Below, piece by piece: positions 29,734 to 37,450 of a stretch of 48,279 nt of DNA (position 1 is its first letter; each line of letters opens with the position of its first letter). Source of the DNA: a virus. The stretch lies in the IMG/VR virus record IMGVR_UViG_3300017446_000001, positions 1 to 48,279 of that record. One strand, written 5' to 3'. The position numbers were made by a program, and so were the translations under genes. The notes below the pieces were generated by a model. It searched no databases and was not told where the DNA came from. It saw only the letters and a list, made by a program, of their open reading frames with translations.

Positions 29734-30004
29734 CGCGGCGCAGTGCCGCGACTTCCGCCGACACGGTTGCCACATCGGCCGCAGCGTCGGTGATCTTCTC
29801 GACGGCCTTGGTGGTCTGTTCCGGCATGGCGGCCGAGTAGATGCCGAGGATCACGATGGCCGCTTCGATGAACGACTGTATCTCGTCCACCGACATGCCG
29901 GTGAAGCCCAGCCGCTCGGGCAGGAAGGACCGCAGGCCGAACAGCACCACCGCCAAGGAGCGGATGGTGCCGGGCTCGCGCAGGCGCTGTGACAGGTAGT
30001 TCAT
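29723..30004 (-). CDS. Small membrane protein, holin candidate (last gene of the late arm)
   Basis: The 93-aa ORF is MNYLSQRLREPGTIRSLAVVLFGLRSFLPERLGFTGMSVDEIQSFIEAAIVILGIYSAAMPEQ... It has two hydrophobic stretches and an ATGA overlap with the upstream gene. It follows the tail fiber gene as T7 gp17.5 does. The function is an inference. Confidence 0.6.
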   Translation of the reverse strand: MNYLSQRLREPGTIRSLAVVLFGLRSFLPERLGFTGMSVDEIQSFIEAAIVILGIYSAAMPEQTTKAVEKITDAAADVATVSAEVAALRRAIR

Positions 30005-30522
30005 GGCGTTCGTCTCGCTTGCTGTTGGGTGGTGACAGCCGGCACATCCATGCCGGTGGGGTCGCTGTTGGGCCGCACGCCGTTGCCCTGCAGGGCGCGG
30101 GCGGTCAGGTCGCGCAGCTGCATCAGGCTGTTGCTGGTCGCCTGCTGCCGGCGCTCGTTCAGTTCGCGCTCGCGGTCCTGATCCCGCTGCAGCACCGCGA
30201 TCTGCGTCTGCATGGTGATCACCGCCTGCGTGGTGGCAGTGGCGTTGGCGACGATGGAGGCGTTGGCGGCGTCGCGCCGGTCGCGCTCGCGGGCTGCGTC
30301 CGCCTGCGCCGCCTTGACCGCTTCCGCCAGGCTGATAACAGCCACTTCGATCTTGGTGGCGCTGGCGGCGCTGGCGCGCTCGCTGGCCACATAGGCGGTG
30401 CCGAGCCCGATGAACGGCAGCGCTGCCACCACCAGGGCAAAGGTTATCGGACGCTCGCCCATCGCTTCACGCACCTTCTGCAGCCCGCTGGTCGCGGCAT
30501 CGCCAGAACCCGGCATGTCCAT
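30001..30522 (-). CDS. N-terminally anchored coiled-coil protein, i-spanin (Rz-like) candidate
   Basis: Translation is MDMPGSGDAATSGLQKVREAMGERPITFALVVAALPFIGLGTAYVA (TM) followed by a long Ala/Gln/Arg/Glu-rich helical region. The start is ambiguous (GTG 30525, ATG 30522 or ATG 30516). Confidence 0.6.
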   Translation of the reverse strand: MDMPGSGDAATSGLQKVREAMGERPITFALVVAALPFIGLGTAYVASERASAASATKIEVAVISLAEAVKAAQADAARERDRRDAANASIVANATATTQAVITMQTQIAVLQRDQDRERELNERRQQATSNSLMQLRDLTARALQGNGVRPNSDPTGMDVPAVTTQQQARRTP

Positions 30523-30560
30523 CACCCCTGTAAAGAGCGCGTACAGGCCACCACATCTGG

Positions 30561-30589
30561 ATGGTAGCCTGTACTACGCATATTATCAA
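30561..30589 (-). promoter_or_regulatory. Putative promoter in front of the lysis-like gene pair
   Basis: The minus strand reads TTGATA (30589-30584), a 17-nt spacer, then TACCAT (30566-30561). The downstream inverted repeat CCTGTA-N9-TACAGG (30527-30547) overlaps the RBS region. Confidence 0.35.
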
Positions 30590-30618
30590 CTATCTGTGAG
30601 ACGTGTTCGTTCCGTCGA

Positions 30619-33054
30619 TCACGGACTGCTGATCGGGATGAACCCCACGCTGCCATCTTCAAGCGTGATCTTAAGCGCACGGGTGGGCGTGTTCGGCCCC
30701 GAGTTCACGATGGGGCCGCCGAGCAGCAGCGTGCTGTTGCCGCCCTTCGGCCGCAGTTCGAGGTTGATGTCCTGTGCGTCACCGTCGGGGAACACGCGCA
30801 CCTTGCCGTCGTTGGTGATGTCGATGCCCAGGTGGTTGCCGCCCAGGTGCTGCGTCACACCACGCAGCACGTCGCCCATGCCGTTGCCCAGCAGTACCGC
30901 GAAGCCGCCGGCCGCGCGAAGGGTCATGTCGGTGCCGGCCCCGGTGCGCGAGTACGGCGCGATGTACGGCTGGATCGGCGGCGCATCGAACGCCACGGCC
31001 ACCGTGAACGGATCGCTGTAGCCCTGCCCGCCGTTGGTCATCGTCACGCCGGCCACCTGGCCCGCGTCGTTGATCAGCACCGTGCCTGCGGCGCCCGTGC
31101 CGTTGATCGGCTGCGACAGGAACGCTACGCGCGGCGCGTTGGTGGCCTTGTAGAACGCGCCGCCGCTAAGGATCGCGACACCGACGATCTGGCCGTTCGC
31201 GATCACCGCTTCGCCGTAGGCGAACAGGCCCTGCCGGTCGGTCATCATGATGCCGTTGATGGCCGTGTAGGGCACGCCGCGGTTCGGCCCGATGGTGACT
31301 TCGCCTTCGGCAGCCAGGTTGCGGATCGCCTCGCAGCCCGCGCCGTTCAGGTCGTTGTCGCTGATCAGGATGTTGCGCGCACCCGTCTGGATATAGATCA
31401 CGTGGCGGCACGTCGCGCCGATGCCGTCACGGCCGCCCAGCTGCGACCCGGTGATGGTCACGTTGCGCGCCGTCGCGTTGATCACGACCGCGCTGTACTT
31501 GAACAGCTTGGTGCCGTAGCCCTCGCTTTCCGTACCCTGGCTGCTGAACGACATCGCGGCGCTGCTGATCTTGATGTCGCGACCGGAGATAATCAGCCCC
31601 GCCTGGCCGTGTCCGCCGCCGCGCAAGCCTTCGATCTTGAAGCCGTGGCAGTCCGGGTTGATCACCACGCCGTTCGCGTTGCGGGCGTTGTTGGTGTACA
31701 CCGTGTTCAGGATCACGTCGGACGCACGGTTGAAATAGAAGTTCTCGTTCAGCGAGAAGTCCACGCCCACGTCCTGCCCGTAGATCAGCGCCGGGATGCG
31801 ACCGCGGGCGAAGTCGTCATCGCTGGCATCGAACACCATGCCCCGGTCCACGCTGAGAACCGCGAAGCCGGTGAACGTCATGCTGTTCATCATGCCCATG
31901 CAGCGCAGGCCGACCGTGCCCGGCGTGATGGTGCGGTTGGGCTGCAGCGCACACGTGCCGATGGAGTGCGTGAAGTACACCAGATCGGTGCGCGGCTGCT
32001 GGTCAGGCGGCAGGGCCGGGTTGTAGGCGCCGCCGTACACGTCGTAGCAGCACTTCTTGGCATCGACCACCAGCGCCACATTCAGCGTGGTCAGGTTGCA
32101 CGTGTCGATGAAGAAGCCGGTTCCCGCGCCGATGACCGACACGTGGTCGATCTTGCTGCGGCCGGACCCCAGGATGCCGATGCCGTAGTTCGTCATGACC
32201 GCCGCGTGCACCGAGCAGTCCACCGTCATGTCGGTGATGCCCTTGCCTTCGTGACCGACGTAGCCGTTCAGGGTGATGAAGGGTGCGTTGTCGCGCGCCA
32301 CCAGCACGGTCGCGCTCATGCCCGCGCCGATCAGGTGCTGGCCCTGGAAGTTCAGCGACACCGGGCCGCTGCGATACCTGCCAGGGCGGAAGTACACCGA
32401 GCGGCCCCGGCCTAGCGCGTTGGCCAGCGTCACCGTGTTGTCGGTGATGTTGTCGCCACGCACGCCGAAGTCCTCCGCGAACACGAAGTCGGCCGCACGA
32501 TCCGCCAGCAGCCGCGACACGCCGCCCAAGGCGGACGTGGTGCCAATCGACGACATGTCGCCGGGCTCGGCCGGGATGAAGTTGCCGGCGGCGTCCCAGG
32601 CGGCCAGCTTGCCGGCGCGCACCGCGACCGGCGGCAGGGTCGGGGCCTTGCCCTGCGAGGTGGGCACCCGCACCGCATGGCCGTACAGGGCGTACAGCTG
32701 CTGCGTCTGCTTGACCACGAAGTCCACCATCGCCTCGACGGTGCCGGGGATGTACGGACCCTGCGACCGCAGCGACGTGGGCTGTACGTAGGGGGCGGTG
32801 CGCTCGAACACCAAGCGCTCGCCGGTCTGCAGCGCCACCCCTGCGCTGACCGGATAGGTGAAGGTGCCGCCGCTGGCGTTGCCGGCACCGGAGAAGCCCC
32901 AGCTGCTGCGCGGCACTTCCATCTCGGCGCCGCTGGCGGACACGAAGGTCAGGGTGGCCTGATCCTTCGTGTCGACTTGGAAGTTATAGAAGAACTGACG
33001 GGTCGCCCCGTCCCCACTTACAACGATCGACGTGTTTTGATTGCTGATCGTCAT
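30619..33054 (-). CDS. Tailspike / tail fiber with a right-handed beta-helix (pectate-lyase-like) depolymerase domain
   Basis: The 811-aa ORF has the N-terminal fiber-anchor pattern MTISNQNTSIVVSGDGATRQFFYNFQV, then ...FAEDFGVRGDNITDNTVTLANALGRGRSVYFRPGRY... and many Gly/Asn-rich beta-helix-like repeats. It sits in the T7 gp17 position. Confidence 0.8.
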   Translation of the reverse strand: MTISNQNTSIVVSGDGATRQFFYNFQVDTKDQATLTFVSASGAEMEVPRSSWGFSGAGNASGGTFTYPVSAGVALQTGERLVFERTAPYVQPTSLRSQGPYIPGTVEAMVDFVVKQTQQLYALYGHAVRVPTSQGKAPTLPPVAVRAGKLAAWDAAGNFIPAEPGDMSSIGTTSALGGVSRLLADRAADFVFAEDFGVRGDNITDNTVTLANALGRGRSVYFRPGRYRSGPVSLNFQGQHLIGAGMSATVLVARDNAPFITLNGYVGHEGKGITDMTVDCSVHAAVMTNYGIGILGSGRSKIDHVSVIGAGTGFFIDTCNLTTLNVALVVDAKKCCYDVYGGAYNPALPPDQQPRTDLVYFTHSIGTCALQPNRTITPGTVGLRCMGMMNSMTFTGFAVLSVDRGMVFDASDDDFARGRIPALIYGQDVGVDFSLNENFYFNRASDVILNTVYTNNARNANGVVINPDCHGFKIEGLRGGGHGQAGLIISGRDIKISSAAMSFSSQGTESEGYGTKLFKYSAVVINATARNVTITGSQLGGRDGIGATCRHVIYIQTGARNILISDNDLNGAGCEAIRNLAAEGEVTIGPNRGVPYTAINGIMMTDRQGLFAYGEAVIANGQIVGVAILSGGAFYKATNAPRVAFLSQPINGTGAAGTVLINDAGQVAGVTMTNGGQGYSDPFTVAVAFDAPPIQPYIAPYSRTGAGTDMTLRAAGGFAVLLGNGMGDVLRGVTQHLGGNHLGIDITNDGKVRVFPDGDAQDINLELRPKGGNSTLLLGGPIVNSGPNTPTRALKITLEDGSVGFIPISSP

Positions 33055-33069
33055 GTGGTTACTTGTCCT

Positions 33070-35538
33070 CTATTGCGCGCTGGTGGGGGATAGCCAGAAC
33101 GACTGGTGTTGCTCGCTGCGGACGCGCTGTTCGAGACGCGCCAGGTAGCCAGGGTTGGCTGCTTCTTGCAGTCTATGCCAGATGAAGTGATCCGCCGCCA
33201 AGCGGGTATAGAACATGTTGACAAAAGGTGTGTTGTTCTTGATCAACCCCAGCGCGCCGCTGCGCGCGTCGGACAGCGCCCGCGGATCGCCCTCGCGCGC
33301 CCACTTCGCCAGGTTCTGCACCTCGTTGCCCACATCTTTCAGCGTGCCCCAGGACGGCCCCAGCAAGCTGTCGAAGAAGCCGCCGCCGTTGCGATCCGCC
33401 TCCCCGAACAGGAAGTCACCGAACAGCCCGAAGCCGCCGCCCTGCGCCATCGCGGCGGCCACTAGGCTGGCGTAGCTGGCCCGGTCGTTGGCGTCCGACG
33501 TGCGCGGGTTGCGGCCTTTGGCGAGGTTCTTCAACTCCATGGACAGGTAGCCCATCAGCGACATGCCGACGATCAGGTGCGTGATGCCGGCCACGTCCAT
33601 GCCGCTGCGACCCTTGCCGAAGCTGTCGCTGAACGGGTTGAGCCCTTCGCGCCCCAGGGTGCGGTTGATGAACGTGATGGGGTAGGTCTTGAACTGCATG
33701 AGCACACGCATCGCCATGCCGGCAGGGGTGTTCGCCGCAAGGCCGCCGGTCGCCACGGTGCGCGACACCGCGTCGGGCTCGGTCATCGCCTCCCTGATCT
33801 GGTCCGTCATGTAGGTCTGGAACTTGCGCCGCACCGCTTCGTCAGCAATCTCGGCCGGCAGCACGCGATCCACGCCGTCAGCCGTGCGCACCATCGCCTT
33901 GCGCGCCGTGTTCCAGTCAGCAGCCGAGATGTCGTAGAGCCCCAGCGTGTTCTGCAGGCGCGGGTGCAGGCCGTCGAAGGTCAGCCCCGCCGAGCGCCCC
34001 AGGTTGTGCGACAGCATCGAGCCCAGCCCGTGCTTCATGCTGTCAGTCCAGAACGTCAGCAGGTTGGCGCGGTGGAACATATCGACCAGCTTGGCCGACT
34101 TGCCACGGATGCCTTCCGCCGACGAGAAGCGCGTACCGACATGGCCCAGCATGCTGTCCACGCCGACGCCCAGCGTGGTCATCGCTTCCTTGCCGGCCGC
34201 GTTCTTCGGGAACAGCGACGCCACCTGATTGGCGTAACTCTCGAACAGGCCGACGCCGTTGTGCCGCAGCGCCGCCGCGTTGTTCACCAGATCGGGCAGC
34301 GACGACAGCACCACGCCGCCCAGCTTCGACAGGGTTTGCATGGTGGTCACGGTGCGCGCGAAGGTGGCGAGCCCGGAGTTGGACGGGATGTTCGCCTTGC
34401 CCGTGATGGTGTCGAGGATGCGGTTGTTGAACTGCTTGTTCAGCGCATCGAACGCCTGCAGATCGCCCCTGTCACGGGCGGCCACCTTGCGGTTGTCCAC
34501 GACAGCGTTGAACAGCGCTTCCGGGTTGGTGCCCAGCGTGCGCATCAGGGCCGTGTTGCGGGCGCCACTATCGAGCCCGCGCTGCACGCTTTCCCACAAC
34601 GTGCCGCGGCCGAACTCACGGTTGTACTCGCCCCAGGACGCGCTATCCTTGAAGAACAGTTTGCGCTCGGCGCTCGCCTTCTTGGCCAGGTTGCCCGGAC
34701 CCGTGAAGCCTGCCAGCAGTTCGCGGCCGTTGCTGCTTTCGTGCAACCCCGTGGCCAGCGCATTCCACGTCATGCGCAGGTAGGCGTTGATGCCTTCCGG
34801 CGACAGGTCCGACAGGTGATCGAAGGTGCGTTCGTCCAGCTTGGGCAGGATGCTGTCGCGCCACGCCTCGAAGTTCAGCCGGCTCGTTTCTTCGGGCGTC
34901 GCGCCTTTCAGCGTGCCCCTGATCTTGTCCATGTCGTGCGACTGCCGCGCGACGTAGTGCTCCTGACGACCGATCCACGCGCCCGCCTCGTTCTGCTGCG
35001 TGCGCACGCGCTCCTGCGCCTTGTCGATGATCTCGGCGGCGCGGCGTGCGTTCTTGTCGCCCGTGACGGACTTGCCGCCGCTTTCGATGGCCCACAGTTC
35101 GTCGATGACTTTCTGATCGAAGGCCGCGTCGCCTTTCGCGATCACCTTCATCAGCCCGGCCTTCTGCATGTCGTTCACCAGCGGGCCGAGCACGTCCGCT
35201 TGCGCGCCGTACACGTTGGCGTCGATGCGGTTTAGCACGGCGCGCAGGTCGAGCGCTTCCTTGCCGTCACGCAGCTGCGTCAGCACCTCGCGCCGCCGGG
35301 CCGCGTTGATCAGCAGGCTGCGCTTCTCGATGCTGGCCGCCAGCTTCATCTCCTTGCCGAGTTCGAGCCCCGCCTGATACATGGCGTCGCTGCGGCTCAT
35401 ACCAGCGCGCTCCATGCGTCGAGCCCGGCCCTGCACCTTGGTGAAGATGTCGGTCAGTTCGTCGTCCGACAGGTCGCGCCCCGCGGCTTCGGTGACGCCC
35501 GTGATGCAGCGGTTGTAGCCGGCAGGTACGCGAGCCAT
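33070..35538 (-). CDS. Large internal virion / ejection protein
   Basis: The ATG at 35538 follows GGAGG at 8 nt. Translation is MARVPAGYNRCITGVTEAAGRDLSDDELTDIFTKVQGRARRMERAGMSRSDAMYQAGLELGKEM..., 822 aa. The TTG start at 35553 is rejected. It lies between the gp14/15-like genes and the tailspike. Confidence 0.7.
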   Translation of the reverse strand: MARVPAGYNRCITGVTEAAGRDLSDDELTDIFTKVQGRARRMERAGMSRSDAMYQAGLELGKEMKLAASIEKRSLLINAARRREVLTQLRDGKEALDLRAVLNRIDANVYGAQADVLGPLVNDMQKAGLMKVIAKGDAAFDQKVIDELWAIESGGKSVTGDKNARRAAEIIDKAQERVRTQQNEAGAWIGRQEHYVARQSHDMDKIRGTLKGATPEETSRLNFEAWRDSILPKLDERTFDHLSDLSPEGINAYLRMTWNALATGLHESSNGRELLAGFTGPGNLAKKASAERKLFFKDSASWGEYNREFGRGTLWESVQRGLDSGARNTALMRTLGTNPEALFNAVVDNRKVAARDRGDLQAFDALNKQFNNRILDTITGKANIPSNSGLATFARTVTTMQTLSKLGGVVLSSLPDLVNNAAALRHNGVGLFESYANQVASLFPKNAAGKEAMTTLGVGVDSMLGHVGTRFSSAEGIRGKSAKLVDMFHRANLLTFWTDSMKHGLGSMLSHNLGRSAGLTFDGLHPRLQNTLGLYDISAADWNTARKAMVRTADGVDRVLPAEIADEAVRRKFQTYMTDQIREAMTEPDAVSRTVATGGLAANTPAGMAMRVLMQFKTYPITFINRTLGREGLNPFSDSFGKGRSGMDVAGITHLIVGMSLMGYLSMELKNLAKGRNPRTSDANDRASYASLVAAAMAQGGGFGLFGDFLFGEADRNGGGFFDSLLGPSWGTLKDVGNEVQNLAKWAREGDPRALSDARSGALGLIKNNTPFVNMFYTRLAADHFIWHRLQEAANPGYLARLEQRVRSEQHQSFWLSPTSAQ

Positions 35539-35539
35539 A

Positions 35540-37450
35540 TCAGGCGCCTCCAATCATGCAAGCTGCCGCAGCCTCGTAGGCTTTGGTCAGGCTGTCGCCT
35601 TCTTTCACCATCGCGTCCGCTTCGTCCAGCGCCGGATCGCGCGCAGGCGGTTCACGACCTTCCCGCTTGGCACGTGCCTCCGCAAACTTCTGTTCGGCCG
35701 CAAGCGCGCTTTCGATGTCCGCATTAGCCTTCTCGATGCTGGTGATCTGTTCGTCCAGGGTGCCGTCCACCTTCGGGGCGCGCTCGCTGGCCGCGTCGTT
35801 CAGCCGTGCATCCTGCTGCGGCTGGCCGCCGGTCTTTTCCCGATAGGGGTCCAGCAGCGCGTCCTCGGCACGGGTGCGGCTGGCGTCGATCCGCTGCGCC
35901 GTGGCGTCCAGCAGGCCGCTGCGCGTCGGCGGCTGCATCACCACGTCCTGCGGCAAGAACGGCCCCACGGCCTTGTCGCTGATCCGGCGCAGTTCGGCCT
36001 GGATCGTCGCGTCCACCTGATCGGGCGCGGCGCGCGTGATGCGGTTGACCGCGGCGGCCAGGTCATCAGGATCGACAGCCACGCCCAGCCGGTGCGCCAC
36101 GCCCCGCAGCGTCTTGGCCGTCATGTCCTTGACCACCTCACGCCGGGCCACCTGCGCCGCCGCCTGCTTTTCCAGCAGGGTGTCGGCCGCTGCCAGCGTC
36201 GCCTCGGCGCGCTCGACGTTCGCCGCGGCCAGCCGCTCGCGGGCTTCCGTCCGGCGCAGCACCGCCTCGGTGCCGGTGATCTCGGCCTGCGTCCGCGCGT
36301 CAGCCAGGTCCGCCTCGGGGTTGGCGCCCTCCGTCAGCAGGCTGCGCTCGGCTTCCAGATCGGCGCGGCGCTTGCGGCTGATCTTGCCCGTCAGTTCCGT
36401 CTCGATCAGGTCGAGCCGGTCGCGCGTGCTGGGGTCGATGCCCGCGCCGGACAGCCGGCTGTTCAGGTCGTCGAGTTCCAGGCGCACCTTCTGCGCTTCG
36501 GTTGACAATCCGTCCAGGCGCTCGCGCGCTGTACGCACCGCATCCTCGCGCGTCACGACCGTGTTGAACGAATTGTCCACATCGGACGCCAGCTTCGACT
36601 GCGTGTCGTACCAGCGGCGCAGTTCCGTGCTGCCCTCGCGGGACGCCACGAAGTCCATGGCTTCCGCCGCCTGGATCGGCCGCCCTTCTGCCATGGCGGC
36701 AATGGCCTGCACCCGCGCCGCGTCGTGCATCTCGGGGGACCACGGCGGCAGGACACCGCGCCGGTCGCGGATCGCACCGACGCCTGTCTGGATCGCGCCG
36801 CCCAGGACGGTGCCCACCGCCACGTTCGTCAGGAACGTGCTCATGTCGTAGTCGTCGCGATCCTGCACTGTCAGGTAGGCGTTCAGGGGCTCGACCGCCA
36901 GGCCGCCCACGAAGCCGCCGATGGCGCCCTGCGCGCCGCGCACCAACGCTCGACCGCCGGCACCCGCTGCAGCCTGCCCGAACAGCCGCGCCAGGTTCGC
37001 CTCGCCAACCACCGGAATGAAGGACGCAGCGATGTTCAGCGGATCGAGCAACCCGGCGGCCAGCCCGGTCAGGATGCTGGTGCCCATGCCGCCGCCGATG
37101 CTGTCACCGCGGCGCCGGATGGCATCCTCGCGCAGCACCTGCGCCCGGTGGTGCTCGTACATGTCGCGCGCCACAGCCTCGGTGGTCGGCGCATCGAACG
37201 TCAGCTTGCCGGGCACGCTGAACCGGCTGTTCAATTCGTCCGGCTGCAACTCCGTGACGGTGCTGTCCAAGTTGCGCCAGACGCGCCGCGCCAGCCTGCT
37301 GCCAGGGTTCTCCGCGAACGCCTGTCCGAATTGCGCACCTGCTGCCTGCCCGAAGGTGGACGGGATAGCCTCGTTGCCCTCGGCTTCCAGCGCGCTGTTG
37401 CCAAACTCGCCGGGCGTGAAGAACCCGGTGGTGCCGTTCGTACCGCTCAT
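35540..37450 (-). CDS. Internal virion / ejection protein
   Basis: The 636-aa ORF has an ATGA overlap with the upstream gene. It has a Gly-rich, membrane-like middle (GGGMGTSILTGLAAGLLDPLNIAASFIPVVGE...GGFVGGLAVEPL...) and a long charged coiled-coil C-terminal half. Confidence 0.7.
   Translation of the reverse strand: MSGTNGTTGFFTPGEFGNSALEAEGNEAIPSTFGQAAGAQFGQAFAENPGSRLARRVWRNLDSTVTELQPDELNSRFSVPGKLTFDAPTTEAVARDMYEHHRAQVLREDAIRRRGDSIGGGMGTSILTGLAAGLLDPLNIAASFIPVVGEANLARLFGQAAAGAGGRALVRGAQGAIGGFVGGLAVEPLNAYLTVQDRDDYDMSTFLTNVAVGTVLGGAIQTGVGAIRDRRGVLPPWSPEMHDAARVQAIAAMAEGRPIQAAEAMDFVASREGSTELRRWYDTQSKLASDVDNSFNTVVTREDAVRTARERLDGLSTEAQKVRLELDDLNSRLSGAGIDPSTRDRLDLIETELTGKISRKRRADLEAERSLLTEGANPEADLADARTQAEITGTEAVLRRTEARERLAAANVERAEATLAAADTLLEKQAAAQVARREVVKDMTAKTLRGVAHRLGVAVDPDDLAAAVNRITRAAPDQVDATIQAELRRISDKAVGPFLPQDVVMQPPTRSGLLDATAQRIDASRTRAEDALLDPYREKTGGQPQQDARLNDAASERAPKVDGTLDEQITSIEKANADIESALAAEQKFAEARAKREGREPPARDPALDEADAMVKEGDSLTKAYEAAAACMIGGA

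Noticed and set aside
29735-29751. The short hairpin CGCGGC-GCAGT-GCCGCG at the convergence point, considered as a bidirectional terminator.
   Set aside because: It has only a 6-bp stem, no flanking T- or A-tracts, and lies inside the coding sequence of the last late gene. That is insufficient for an intrinsic terminator call.
30219-30440. A 73-aa Pro-rich ORF embedded out of frame in the i-spanin candidate, considered as an Rz1-type o-spanin.
   Set aside because: It has a single Cys (aa 8, in WWWQRC) with no lipobox or signal sequence around it. Its Arg-rich composition is typical of an alternative-frame artefact.
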